The notes beneath the pieces were generated by a model. It saw only the letters and a list, made by a program, of their open reading frames with translations. It was not told the DNA's origin and did no database searches. 64,000 nt of DNA, taken from contig OZ287755.1 in NCBI GenBank assembly GCA_965649765.1, positions 28,892,001 through 28,956,000 on the forward strand, in the 5' to 3' direction. This DNA is from Bispira polyomma (taxonomy: Eukaryota). Position 1 is the first letter of the stretch. Every line of letters begins with the position of its first letter. The position numbers and the translations under genes were made by a program. Shown here one piece after another: positions 1 to 13,099 of the stretch.

Positions 1-78
1 CGCCAATATAATGATCGTGAAAAGAACACACTCATTGCAAAAAAAAATGAGTTGAAGTCGAGTTAGGGGCTAGCAGGA

Positions 79-348
79 TTTTTTTTTAAATTTCATTTTT
101 AATTGGGATAGTTAACGTCCACTCAAGTACCTGTTTAGGTTATACTGGGACGGGTAGTTGGAAACGCTGGAGGAAACATTACATACAGTTGATCAAGATT
201 CTGCAATAAAACCAGCGGCCCACAGTAAGGAACTGCAACCTTTCCCACATAGGCATCGACAGGAGTCGAACACATGCCAGTCATTCCCAGAGGTGAGAGA
301 CCAGTGATTGTGAAGTGCAATGCTTGCTAACCACTAGGCCAACGGGGC
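79..348 (-). mobile_element. tRNA-derived SINE (family A)
   Basis: Reverse complement matches the copy at 45059-45313 (TGGCCTAGTGG A-box, GTTCGA B-box, body, A-tail seen as poly-T). An 11-bp direct repeat GGGGCTAGCAG at 66-76 and 344-354 is a probable TSD. Confidence 0.85.
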
Positions 349-840
349 TAGCAGAGAATGCAACTTGAATGCGGGTGATCGCTAAATGTCAAACATGAAT
401 CAAGGATGACTAGTGCTAATTGTAGGTCGCCTAGATTGTCCTCTAATCGCTAGCTAAGGTTGTAAAAGTGGGATGAGGCATTAATTACTGTGGTTGAGAA
501 TTGGACAAATTGAGGTATCCTGGTACAAAAAGTATTTACATATGTCCACATTTATATGTCTCTCTCTCAAAAAAAAAAAACGTAATATACTTGGTATACA
601 CTCATCAATGTGTAAACAGAACAAACTCTGATGGTATTGTTCAAATATTGGCAATGTGATAAGAGTTGATAATAGGTCAGTCATAATAGGTTAAGCTCAG
701 TAAAGTCATTAATAACACAGAGGGATGCGATAGCATCTAGTTTATTATTATCATTATTTATCTACGTGATTATATAATACATGTACAACAATTACACACT
801 AAAACATTTCAAATGATCATAATATATTCTAATATATTTA

Positions 841-972
841 NNNNNNNNNNNNNNNNNNNNNNNNNNNNNNNNNNNNNNNNNNNNNNNNNNNNNNNNNNNN
901 NNNNNNNNNNNNNNNNNNNNNNNNNNNNNNNNNNNNNNNNNNNNNNNNNNNNNNNNNNNNNNNNNNNNNNNN
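841..972. other. Assembly gap (N run)
   Basis: 132 N bases. Confidence 1.
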
Positions 973-2548
973 AACCTAACATAAGAAGGGGTTGATTGTT
1001 ACCCCAGAGGAAATCATCTGTATAACACAACATCCAATTAGGCAGAGAAGCCGCCATATATATAAAAAATTGGTCGTTGTATCAACCAAATCTTTTTTGA
1101 CTAAAAACCATGTTTTTATAAAAACCAGTAACATATTGAAATTTTGCTTTGCACACATTTTGCTACTATAAAACTTAATACGACCAGCATGGTCCACGTG
1201 GATGAGATCAACTATTTCCCATCAGCGGTTCACCCATACAGTAAATATATACTTTCGGGAATTCATACATCTACATGCTAGGCCATAATGGCCTCATATA
1301 TGCATACTATACAAAAGGCATAAATATCTAAATATATATTCTAAATAACCTTCCCCCCAACATATCTTCCTCTCCCCAAAGTTAGAATGTGAATGACCAG
1401 CAACATGGGGGTAACCCTCAATGGCATATTCCTCATTAAATGGAGATGGACAGAAAAAAAGAAGGATAGGCACAATGAGAAACCACTGACCTGTGGCCTG
1501 CTGAAAAAGACTGTACTGCCTTGTGTCAATTTGTTAAGAGTTAGGCATTGTATTGCTCTGACTCTTTCCCACTTAGAGAAGGCCTTTTTTTATCATAAAC
1601 CAAATAGTTGAACAAATACTGGAGAAATAGTACAACAAAAAGAATTATTGACATAACTTCGTGTCTTGTGGTACAATTTATTCATATAGTTCAACAGTGA
1701 TTACATTTAGTGATGGACTTTTGGATTGGCAATGTCACATTTCAGTTTCTAATTCATTTTATATATATGGGTACATCATGAGCAATGCCGACCGACTCTG
1801 TTAAAAAGTTAACAGTAAATAAATTAAATTTATATTATGTACACTTATGTATCTGACCTGAACATACACCAGTTAATATTGGGAGCAGTATGCAGCCTCT
1901 TGTTTTTGTATTTTACTTAATTGGTTTTCATAAATTGTATTTCACTTGAAGTGTAATTTAGAAACTTCGTGTTTTGTTTTAGTAATCCTTTATTAGGGAT
2001 TTTGTAATTTGTACAGTAACAAATATTATCTTTATTAATTCTACTGTCTTTGGTAAGTCATTGTATTTGAACATCTGTAGTATTAATAAACTAATATCTG
2101 CCAACTGTCTATATCATTGTGTACTATTACTGTGCAAACAGTGTGTATTACCAGCCTATGCCAAATGAACACAGCCAAATACATCGCAAAATACAAATTC
2201 TGGTTGCAAACTTATCATATTCAGTTGATAATAACATGTATTAGAGACACAAATTATTTGAATACGAATTATAATACACACATATTTAAATATTCATACT
2301 GCTACTAGGGTGCACACAAGTTTACATTATTTGCATTTATGAGTTTGTCATTTAACTCATCCCATCATTTTATATCAAAAACTGACACACACATATTGTA
2401 CACAGTTTATGTAAAACTCTGTCAGTTATATATGTTTATTATTTGGTTAAAAAATTTTCTGTAAAGTTTTCTGAGCAGCAATTGATATTTGGAAAATAAA
2501 TTTTAATGCACAATTGAGGTCACATGATACCTAGTATTAGGTACATAC

Positions 2549-2670
2549 CTGAACGACCATTGTCTGTGTAGGTTCACTGCCTCCATCCACTACATCCTGT
2601 TCTCTGATGTTTTTTGAGGACTGACTGCTGCCGCCACAATCGGGGCAGTGAGTACTCCACCTGTCCACAC
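2549..2670 (-). CDS. Probable isolated internal coding exon of an unidentified host gene
   Basis: Minus strand has a tctcccAG acceptor and a CAG|GTATGT donor. The 122 nt are GC-richer than the flanks and open as (x)VDRWSTHCPDCGGSSQSSKNIREQDVVDGGSEPTQTMVVQ. No partner exons identified. Confidence 0.45.
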
Positions 2671-2771
2671 CTGGGAGATAATGTATCTAAATAATACAAC
2701 AACAAATCAATAGTTTACATTTTTACTATTTAAAAGTCCACTAGTTCTATGATTTGAATCTAAGATCTGCC

Positions 2772-3000
2772 AAGGTGGTCCACAGGGTAATACACTTTCT
2801 TTATAATAAAGACCTGGGTCCTATCCTAGCCTGGGGCGACCAGGTACAAGTACACAAATAGTGGCTCTAGTAAGCTATTTTATTATTTTGTGGCTGTTCT
2901 TTTTCATTGTGTGCTACCCTATCTCTTAGGGGCGGTGATGAATAGTCATCCTCAAGTCTCAGTTCCCTGGGTTGTAGTTAAGAGTTGAAGTAATCTCAAT
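2772..3000 (+). mobile_element. Degenerate SINE (related to 36711-37062)
   Basis: Decayed tRNA-like head; shares TGATGAAT(A/G)GTCATC(C/A)TCAAGTCTC with the SINE at ~36902. Confidence 0.45.
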
Positions 3001-3419
3001 TGTATGACACAGTGAAAACATTGCGGTACAATAATTTTATTAGCACTACATGTTAACATTTACGAGGTCGTATATACAGTTCTATGTAAGTTGTGGGCAT
3101 AAGGTAACCATAACTTGAGGTTTATTAATTCAGTTAAGGTTGACTTCAATTGATTTAAGGTTCACAAAATTTTGATGTAAGTCAACTGAAAGGTTATTAA
3201 TATATTTAGGTTTGACTTAACTTCCTTCACTAAATCAAAAGTTAGAAAAATAAGTACATTATGTACTGTGCGATGGAAGGTGACCATATGCCCAATACAG
3301 TAATATATGTTTACTGTAAATAATTTTTTTTAATGATATTAATAATTGTATATAATATTTTTATCTGACATATAAGTTGTGATAGACCACAAAACACCAG
3401 ACTATCTAGGAACTTAAAC

Positions 3420-3960
3420 TAAAGTATCGGCAACCTGGGATCCATCCTGGATGGAATCTGTTATGTATTGCCACACGCAGTCCGACGTCCAGGTACCATG
3501 GCGTTAAATGTCTTGGACATGCACATTATTGTTGAACACAAATGTGGCACCGAAATGCATGGAAATTAAAATTGGAATGCTTTAGAGTGCAACAATAGAG
3601 TGTGGACATAAATTGGAAAACCTCAGAAAACTGAAAAAACTGGTGAGGTAAACTGCTTTAAAGATTTACCCCATGTATGTGCAATCACATTTTCTATTAA
3701 ATAAAAGAGAAGTGGCATGTCGAACTTAAAGGGGACCGGTTAATCAACAATGCCCTATTATAGTACGAGATTTGTGAATCAGAAAAAAGCATCAATGTTG
3801 ATATGGAAAAATATAAAATTAGCTGTAACTACTGACAAATGAATTGAAATATTGGAGGTAGACACATTGTTAATATATTAGGAAGAGTAGCAGTGGAAGC
3901 AGTAACAGGATGGTGTAGCCTCTGGCAAGCCGAGTTTGTTAGCAGTTTGTCCATTGGATG
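3420..3960 (-). pseudogene. Tyrosine recombinase remnant of a YR retrotransposon
   Basis: Minus-strand fragments read IFKAVYLTSFFSFLRFSNLCPHS ... FHAF ... FNNNVHVQDI*RHGTWTSDCVWQY, homologous to the YR ORFs at 31563 and 55662. Internal deletions and stops. Confidence 0.8.
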
Positions 3961-5439
3961 AAAAGTGGTATTACTACTATTATTATACATCGTGACAAAA
4001 TGAGTAAAATTTACGAATCAGTCAATTCATTATTTACACAACTTTGAAAAACCCCTACTATATCTTTGATTCTATACATTTCTTAGGATACTTTTCAGGC
4101 TGTCTTTGATGTAAATGTTAACTAAAATTATCGAAGTAGGCGGGGAGTGAGTATAATTCAATATTTTACTTTACCAAATGCAAATTCTTACCAAAAATCA
4201 AAGGTTTTTCATTTGTCTTTGAAAAATAGATATACCATTTACCTAACAAAATAAACAAGTCTTGAATCATATTAGATTAAGTGATTTTTATTCTTATACC
4301 CAGAACCAAATAATATCTAACAAATAGTATATTCTGTATTATCAATATTCAAAGCTACATTTACCCACAGTTTGAGTTGCCCCCCAAATTTTCTTCTTGT
4401 AGCACAAACAAAAAATGATGATCAGATGCATCTTTTGAGTCACAATATTTACCTTTTGGGTGAAATCTTAACTTTCCACGTAAGCAGATTTAAATTACAG
4501 TTAAACATTTCATATTTATAATTTTATATTGGAAAGATTAAAGGTACCGTTCCTTTACCATGAAGTGAACCAAATAAAATATTTTCTGCTAAGGGACAAC
4601 TTTAAGAAAAGGATAGGCTTCAATCCATTTTTCTGTAGCAGATGGCTGCTATTTTTTATGGCCACTCAGTATAATACCTTATTATTTAATTTGGAGAAAT
4701 CTGATAATTAAGCCTTTACTAGAATTCTTGGCATTGCACTTTTTGGCGTGTTTAACATAAACATGGTTTTTAAAACATCTAAACTTCGTGGCCAACTGTT
4801 CAGAAGATAGCATACTGCTATTATTTGATAGTATATCCCCATTACTAAATCCTGAGTGTTGGCTTCCTGTAATTTAAAATCGTGTGACTGTTAAGACTTA
4901 TCTTAAGACTTTATAAATTTATTATCAAAAATAAATTAATTCATGATTTTGTCGCCTGATTTTGGAGATGCACCATAAAATTTCTCCTAACATTCAAATA
5001 TCTGCCTGTGAAAAGGGGTAAGGCCTTCAGACCTCTGTGTTAGTGGCAAGTTTTTCTTCATTTTATTGTACTCCTATTAATTTTTGCAAATTTTTTTCCC
5101 AAAGAAGTTTAAAAACATTTTGGTCTATTCTTTTCAATATGTTTGTTAGACAATAACATACTGTAAACAGGTTATCCAAGGTAGAACCAGTGATTTTAAC
5201 ATTAATATCTTTCCTACAATATTTAATGCTGTATATACTTTAAAATTATATATTAATATATACTTAAGATTTATATCTAAGCTGTTCATTATTTCTGGTT
5301 TTGTCTCACCGGGATAGCAAATCAGCCACTTTATTTGTCACCCTAAGTATGTGGATCACTTTTATCTCCATGTCAAACCGATTGGCCGATATATATATGT
5401 TTCTCGCATAATTTACTAGAGTGCCTGGTGCGTTCTGTT

Positions 5440-6970
5440 TCTAAAACGTTGATTGTTTGTTTGTCGCATTTAAATAAAACTCTTAAACCATGCTAAGCCC
5501 TAGCCCATAATTTTAAAGCCACAAGTATATTTATCATTTATAATGAACTTATTGATCACCTTAAATTCCACCCAGCCTGGTTAGACAAGCATCCAATTCC
5601 ATTTTGGGCATTAACCGGCTTATGAGAAAAAATCAAACTCCATTAAATTTATCTACAAATGAAGCAAGCCAATTTTAATCGTGTTGGACATTTTGAGACA
5701 CCGAAAAAAATTTCTTAGTAACTGCAGCATTTTGTTCAAGAAAACTCTGAAATATTTAACACATTTGGCTTCATATAACGGCAAACCAAGCAAGGATTGT
5801 AATTACCAGTTTGCTCAACACTTTTTTTACTTCCTTTTGGCCAACATTTCTTACAATTTTTCCAAAGAATGGAGGTGGTACAATCTATAGTATTTATAAG
5901 GATTCCCAAGTATACAACTTCTGTACTGTTTTCTGTTTTCAGTTTCTTTTCACTGACTGTGAGGCAAAGTTCGGTTAAGAGAGCGTGCAATCTGTCATAA
6001 GTTTTGTTTATTTGGCTTGGTAAGGACACACATAGACATTGTCTATGTAATTATGGACAGTATGACATTCTTAGTGCCTTCCAAACCGAACTGCATTCGA
6101 AAGACATTGAAAAATAGTTGAGTCATTCTGGTATCCGAATGGAAGTGACTTATCTATGTAGTAAAAATCCCATTGCAGTCACAAGAAAAATATGTTCTCC
6201 TGATTTTTTGGGACGTGGCAAAATTTCCCCTTCCCCTTCCAATTTATTATTGTTGACCCACCTGCATTGTTCTTCTGTTTTCTGTGAAATACCAAGGTCT
6301 TTTTTCTTTGCACTTTGTTATACTACTGCATTCTTTTTGAACGGCTTCACTATAGCTACAATAAGGTGTTTTGCATCTATTATATGTACACATATGCCAA
6401 ATGAGAGACTTGTCGAACAAATGAAACAATTCAATCTGTTCTATATGCCAAATCTACTAAATACTTTCCTACTGTTATCGCCCACTGCATTGTAGCAGTG
6501 ACCACCTAGTTTTTTGCTGTTTTTTTTTGGAACAAGCACTAGTTTTATGTGTCCCTCCACACGTCTTAAATGTATGTTTGAAGTATGTGCTCCCTGTTTT
6601 GAGATTATTTGGATATTTACAAGTTCTCTCTTAAAAAAATGAACAATACCATGGCAATCTTGACCGCTTTATTTAAACCTTGCGTGCCTATAGCCTGAAT
6701 GCTACTACTGTTTGTCATGTGCCGTTGTGCAAAATCCTGAGAGTCTTCCATTAAGCTGGCCTTGTATTCTAACATAATTTCCTGCACCTCATGAGACTTT
6801 TCATCCTGAATTATTCTCGTGAATTCACTTACCCACTGACTTAAAGACAGATCTTCATAACTTAGACGAGTTTTGAAATTTCCTGAGAGAACATAATTCT
6901 GTAGCCATTCCACAACCTTTTTAACCAAAACATCTACCCCTCCCCTTGTTGAGATTTGACCTTGTCTTGG
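5440..6970 (-). pseudogene. Decayed gag and RT/RNase H of a YR retrotransposon (probably same element as 3420-3960)
   Basis: LSYEDLSLSQWV gag motif (6617-6928), RT segment LLTELCLTVSEKKL...VVYLGILINT (5736-6029), RNase H segment NILVALKLWA (~5500-5530). gag ends GCA AAA AAC TAG. Confidence 0.8.
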
Positions 6971-7289
6971 TTCGAATTTTCATTTAGTTGTTTTAGCTCA
7001 AAGAGTCTTTGTTGTACTTGACTTTGAATAGCCGAATTTTTTCGAAGGAATTCAACACAACGGAAATTGAAAACGAGGGTAAAACATTATTGGAATTTTT
7101 AAACAAGAATAGTTTTAAGAAGCATGAAGGAATATAGATGGACAATGTAGAAATAACCAATGACAAAGCACGGTATACAGTAATTTTTACCTTGATTGGA
7201 GGCGTAGTAACACAAGGCAAAGCCTGAGTGTTTCTACGCTCCAAGAGTGGTAAAATGACCTTATACCATGCTTTGTCATGGGTTATTCC

Positions 7290-7493
7290 TATTCTAACAT
7301 GACAAATTAAAATTATTACTCCTAATTCAAGCTGCTTTTAATACAAAATTGCCTTATTAAAGGTACTATATTCACTGGGCAACCATTAAGTTACTGACGA
7401 AATTGGTGTTTTTCCGTCTATGGGTATATGGTTATTTTTACCGAAGCTATCGGCCAATCAGAATTGCGGACACAGTCATGTCATGTTAGAATA
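7290..7493. mobile_element. Non-autonomous element bounded by 15-bp inverted repeats
   Basis: TATTCTAACATGACA (7290-7304) and TGTCATGTTAGAATA (7479-7493) are perfect inverted repeats. Superfamily not established. Confidence 0.55.
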
Positions 7494-8145
7494 AAGTATA
7501 ATTCTCAAGTTTTTACAATGACATTACAAAAATTATGCATGCTCTTTGGTACTACCATAACCTGCAAACAAATTATTAGCCTGTTCAGTTTAAAAATAAG
7601 TACTCGTTATTGGGTGTTTCTTTGCTTCTCGATATTTATAATTGCTACTTCGTGTTCTCCCAGGACCTTTGGGCTTGTGACATTTAGTGAACCCATAAGA
7701 AATGCAGACAAAAATATGTAGACTAAAAAGATTGAGCCCATTTCATGAAGTGTAGCAGTATTACACATTAAGATTAATTGCATTTTTTATTTATCAGATA
7801 GAAAAACAATTATTATGCTCTAAATATTCTCAGTATCAATTATACGGTCTTTCGCTTCAAAGGTATGTGTAGGAGGGGTTACTGAACTATTCAAATGAGA
7901 CACAACTGAAGGAAAATGTGAAAGGTCTGATTGTAAGATGAGATACAGGTGCATATATTCACATTATTACATGCAGGCAAATAGATTATTAAAAGAAATA
8001 TCCAATATTGTCATTATACACTGTCTTTACATTATGTTGTAGAGACTCAAGATTAGCGGATCTGTATGGTGTAAGGGGTTACATACTAGTGTCCTACCTC
8101 TGCAGTCACCATGTATGCCAGAATGATTGAAGACCTGTAGTTTGC

Positions 8146-8489
8146 AGTGCACAAACATATTACCAACACGCAAGTCCAGTATACTATTGTTATGTGCTCC
8201 CCTTATCTATACCTTTTTCCTGGATGACCTTAATTTCTACATATTAAGTATTGTTTTATTATAATTTTCTGTATTAGGCTCTATTATCAAATATTTAAAA
8301 CTCTATCAGGTAACCAAGTGCACAAACATATTACCAACATGGAAATCCAGTATACTATAGCTATGTACTCCCCTTATCTATACCTTCTTCCTGGTTGGCC
8401 TTTTATTATTTCGTATTAAGAATTTTTTTATAATCTTCCAGTCTGTATCAGGCTTTAATATTAAATATTCAAAACTATATCAGGTAACC
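8146..8489. repeat. Diverged tandem duplication (~172-bp unit x2)
   Basis: AGTGCACAAACATATTACCAACA...TATCAGGTAACC occurs at ~8146 and ~8318. Confidence 0.85.
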
Positions 8490-9192
8490 TTGACATTGCA
8501 ATTGCTTTAAACTTTATTTTTAAATATTTGTATTTCTTTTTATTTTAGAGTGTATATATGTCTATACAAAACAGAATATGTTTCACAATTATAATTTCAT
8601 TTACATAATGTACGTATTACATTATATTGTTTGCTGTTTATCATTTTACATTATTATACAAACACAATTGTTACAGAACAGATAACCTTATTCAGGCTTT
8701 CATGTAGGTATAATGCAAAAACAGACAACAAAAAAAGCCATTTAAAAGTAGTAACTGAGCAGCAATGCTTAAAACTTAATATACTTTAGCATTTAACTGT
8801 GTGAGAAGCTTTGCTGCATATGTATGCATGTCATGTAATACATTTTAATCATACATTTAGAAGAAAAAATGTATTCACATTGATTCTTTTTCTGGAGCTT
8901 GGTCTGAAGGTCCTTATCTGAGGTTTGTCAGATTTGCCTCAGAAAATAGTGGCCATATCAGCGTTAGTGTATTTCCCACTGTTCACATGTGTATTTTTTA
9001 AAAGAAAACTCTTATTTGCTTTATGTCTTAGCACTAAGATCGTAGAAGAAAAATATTAAACTTGTGGAGGCCCAAAATAGTACATCAAACAAATGGTGAG
9101 GTCTACAGATGGTCTGCAGAAAATGATAACGTTGGTTTCATGAGATGTTTCATGAGATGTAATGCTACTGACTTAACTGCTAATTATACATA

Positions 9193-9428
9193 TCAGGCCC
9201 AGAGATTGTACCTCTTGAACAAGGTATTGGCTACAATGTTGTGGCCGCTTCATCCAGGTATATAAATGGATACCTGGCTGCTAATGGATCTATGCCATAT
9301 GTCGCAGCATGGCTAATATGTTTTCTTTGGGAGAAAACAAAAGGCTGACAAAGTGGAAGAACCCTGGCAGAGGTGTAAACTGTCAGATGATATCTCATAA
9401 AGAGTGATATCAGACCGCAAACCTATAT
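9193..9428 (+). mobile_element. 5'-truncated SINE with Deu/Nin-like central domain (family B)
   Basis: CCTCTTGAACAAGGTATT...CATCCAGGTATATAAATGGATACCTGG; homologous to 23790-24215. Confidence 0.7.
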
Positions 9429-9432
9429 TTAT

Positions 9433-10218
9433 TGTGACAGTGAGATGGAGAGGTCGATAAAATATTTATTTAAACGGCTACAAATATTTCGGCGATCGAA
9501 TTTCAGTTATTGTCGTAAATAAACGGACGGAAGTCGAGTGTTTTAAATGTTAAAGGGAGAGGGAATTTGAAGCTGTTAAGTTTGTGTGTGTCTATTTAGG
9601 AAGTGTGGATGTGTGCAGGTTAGTTTGCAGTATAGATTGAATGTAAATGTGTATGTATGTGAATTATCCTTTATAGTTTTAGTTTGTATGGTTAACTTGT
9701 CTTATAGTCTTGTAGATGTAGCACTGTTGTAGCAACTATGTTATTAGTTCTGTTAATGGTTAATCTTGTAATAATATATATATGGTGCTGGCATGGTTGG
9801 TTGTATAGTTATAACAAAACTGTGATAATGTTTACATATCATTTACATAGATGGTTGCAGATTGTAGTTGTCGTTAGCCTGTGATTTTAATAAAAATATA
9901 GCCTATTTTGCTGTGATAATTATTAATTATTATTAACTGATTCTGACAGTATTATTTAATATGTAGCAACTATATAATTCTAGTCTAATATTGTCAATAG
10001 AAATCTAGCCTAAGTACTAGTCTAATTAAAGGTTATGTAATTACAGGTGTTCTCGATGTATTGGAACTGCACCATGGAGCAGCTTCTGTGAGTCATTCAT
10101 GGTATGCGCCAGATTAGAATAAGTAATAAAACCTTTAGTTAAGACGTTTGTTCTCTGTGATGTGTTCTCATTCCCCCTGAAGTCCGGTACCTTAAGAAGT
10201 TAGGACCCAACGGCAACA
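9433..10218 (+). repeat. 5' LTR
   Basis: TGTGACAGTG...CGGCAACA; about 97-98% identical by eye to 17073-17851. Confidence 0.95.
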
Positions 10219-10220
10219 TT

Positions 10221-10238
10221 TGGAGCCTCTAATGAGAT
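10221..10238 (+). promoter_or_regulatory. Primer-binding site
   Basis: TGGAGCCTCTAATGAGAT, 2 nt after the 5' LTR. Cognate tRNA not identified. Confidence 0.7.
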
Positions 10239-11668
10239 CATCACTGCAAAAGGAGCACCTGCATGCATCTCTCTGCAACACCCCTGCTGTGTGACCGGGT
10301 TGTGGTGTAGTTTGTTTTTTTGCATTGTATCGTGTTGTCAGCATAATTAAGTGAATGTATTTTGGTGTGGTAACTGTGAACGAGACTACAATCGAGTATT
10401 TAAGCATAAATCGGGTTGAATTGAGTTGTTAGCTGAAGCTAACTTATATGCTTATATTCAAACCTCTGCTGGAAGTTTTAAGAACAGTAAAATTGAAGAT
10501 CGTGATTCACTTCACATGTTTAGTAGTGAAATATGGACAAAGAAAGAAGACAGTATTGTTAATTATGTTCTGACATCATGATTTTATCACCTGCTGCAAC
10601 GTAGACCGAAAGTGACTGGATTAGAAGACAATAATTTGTACTGCTTACATTCATACAAGTTCAAACTATTTTGTGGACTGTATCCTAACAAGTTAAAACT
10701 TATTTTAATTAACTTTACATGGACATTTTTTTTTCTGTATTGACATTTTTCTATTCAGTTTAGTTGGCATTTTTTATGGCTAGAATAAGTTATATTGTAC
10801 ATTACCCCATGCTATTCATAAAACTGCTTATTTAAGTTGTATGCACATGGTTGATAGGCTGTTTATATATTTCAGTGCATGTTTATTATACTGGACTAGG
10901 TATAATTTTCTTCTTCGATCTAAAATTGATTTAATCAAGAACATTAAATAGTTAATTGTACAATAATTGTAATGCGGGCATTATAGTTAGAATACATTTT
11001 GTATATTATTGTGCATGTTGACACCTAACTGTAGGTAAGTGTTTTATCAGGGTTGTAATTTACTGTATTGTTACATACATTTATTATCACTAAATCCTGA
11101 GTGATCCGATACTATTTGGTTATTCATAATGGTATGTTTATTTTCATATAACCTGTAATTAGTGCGTTAGGTTGCAAGCCTGTGATTATTGTGTGCTATA
11201 ACAGTGAGTCTGTATTCATGTAGGGTCAATGTTTATTGAAACTACATCCCCTTTCCAGTGTGAATGTTGGTGTGATCGAGCAGATTTCGACAAAGTAAAG
11301 TTAATACTTACAGTTTAGAATGAAACTTTGAAAGATATCAACTCATGTGTCGTTAGTTGAACTAGTGAAAGTATTGTACAGGATAAGTAGAGTAAAGCAT
11401 AATTCATTTAATCAAATCAGATTTGCTGATATTTGTCTAATTTTTCAGTGGTACTGTTTTAATTGTCTTTAATTAACTTGTGATTTGTGAATATATTTGT
11501 TCTTCTGATTTGTGTTGTGTTTTGTGTTTTTGTGATTTTGACTTGAGCAAATAAGTACTTGTATGAATGTAAGACTGTGTGAGTAGCACAATTATTAATT
11601 GATTGATCGATTTCCTGTTTTTCTTTTGGCACGGCATACGGTTTCATAGTGTTTACACCATAATTGAA

Positions 11669-13099
11669 ATGGCATTCACAAGGGTAGTGTACATAAGTCA
11701 ACTCAACCCAGACTTTGATGTCGTGGAGTTGTGTCAAACAGTTCGCTTGGATGGTAATCCAGATGAGATTATTGAAGACTTTGTGTTACATGGTAATACT
11801 GCCGTGTTTGTATCCTTTGTAGACAAAAGGGTCACTGATATGGTTATTGCCAGACATGATAAAAAGCTACTATTAGGGTCTGTGGTTAGTGTGACCTCAG
11901 TTACTCCTGAGTTACAAAAAATATTTCTACAGATTCCCAAAACAGGTCAGGAGACCACTAAAATGATTTTTTTTGTCAAAAAAGATGGACAATCCCCAGC
12001 TGTTGCGACTACCAAGGTAACTGCCAGAATTAGTGATATTTTGGAGGCCTTTTCCAATTTGTCAACGGAACAACAAATTGAAATCAAATCCGTCCTTCAG
12101 GTGATGCCGATTTTTCCATCTCTGAAGTCTGACATTTCAGGTAAACCAATGGATACAGATAAAGCGGGGAAACAACTGAAGTCTGCTGTTAAAAGTGACC
12201 TGTTTTCTGCAAGGAAGCCTAAGTCTGAGCACAGTCCCACAGTTTGGCAATTGTCACCTTTTCAGGAACAAAGTTTTCATTTTGGGATTCCCAACACTGT
12301 GAGTACGTTTTCTGGTGCAGCAAAGGACTGTTCTTTTGAACAGTTCCAGTATGATGTTCACAGTTTGATCAAACAGGGTGCACCAGAGGGAATGGTATTG
12401 ACTGCCATCAGAAGATCAATTAAGGATCGAGCACAAGAAATCGTCCTACACATTGGAGAAAATGCCACAGTTTCTGATATCTTGAACCGATTTAAGATGA
12501 TGTTTGGAGACGTTAATCCTCCTCACGTGCTGTTGTCACAGTTTTATGCTGCTGAACAAACTTCCAGTGAAAGCATAACTGCTTGGTATGCCAGGATAGA
12601 GGATCTAGCCAGCCGTATTATTCGTAAAGATATATCTATCATCAATCCTAACAAATACGACATTGTCGTAAATACACAATTCTGGACCAAGATGTACGAC
12701 GGGAAAATGAAGAACGCCCTGCGACACAAGTTTGATTCTATGGCAAGCAGTTCACAGTTTGTTGTGGAAGCCAAAAAGGTGGAGTCTGAGTTTGCAGCTC
12801 AAACTGCGAAGATGCACCAGATTCAAGAAGAAACCTCGCCTTGGGTGAAAAAAGGTTTTGATGAAATCCTCAGTAGGCTGAGTAGCTTGGAGAATAAACT
12901 GGCACAAGTTTCAACCTCTGCCAAGGATCAAGTACATTCCTCAGTTTCGCAACCACAGTCAGGTTCAAGACCAAAATGGACAGATAACAAAGGAAAGAAC
13001 ACCATTCGTTGCTACAGATGCAAACAGATGGGGCATATTCAGAAAAACTGTCCTTTAAACTTAAACAGGTCGGAGAACAGGAGCGATCCGACCCTGTAA
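11669..13099 (+). CDS. gag: Gypsy Gag (PNMA-like: N-terminal RRM-like domain, capsid, CCHC knuckle)
   Basis: Open frame; capsid-like FSGAAKDCSFEQFQYDV; CYRCKQMGHIQKNC zinc knuckle. First ATG is at 11669. Confidence 0.9.
   Translation: MAFTRVVYISQLNPDFDVVELCQTVRLDGNPDEIIEDFVLHGNTAVFVSFVDKRVTDMVIARHDKKLLLGSVVSVTSVTPELQKIFLQIPKTGQETTKMIFFVKKDGQSPAVATTKVTARISDILEAFSNLSTEQQIEIKSVLQVMPIFPSLKSDISGKPMDTDKAGKQLKSAVKSDLFSARKPKSEHSPTVWQLSPFQEQSFHFGIPNTVSTFSGAAKDCSFEQFQYDVHSLIKQGAPEGMVLTAIRRSIKDRAQEIVLHIGENATVSDILNRFKMMFGDVNPPHVLLSQFYAAEQTSSESITAWYARIEDLASRIIRKDISIINPNKYDIVVNTQFWTKMYDGKMKNALRHKFDSMASSSQFVVEAKKVESEFAAQTAKMHQIQEETSPWVKKGFDEILSRLSSLENKLAQVSTSAKDQVHSSVSQPQSGSRPKWTDNKGKNTIRCYRCKQMGHIQKNCPLNLNRSENRSDPTL
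13054..13060 (+). promoter_or_regulatory. -1 ribosomal frameshift slippery site T TTA AAC (gag-pol)
   Basis: Canonical XXXYYYZ in the gag frame within the gag/pol overlap; pol is in the -1 frame. Confidence 0.75.

Noticed and set aside
11603-13099. Domesticated PNMA-like host gene
   Set aside because: Still inside a complete LTR element with near-identical LTRs.
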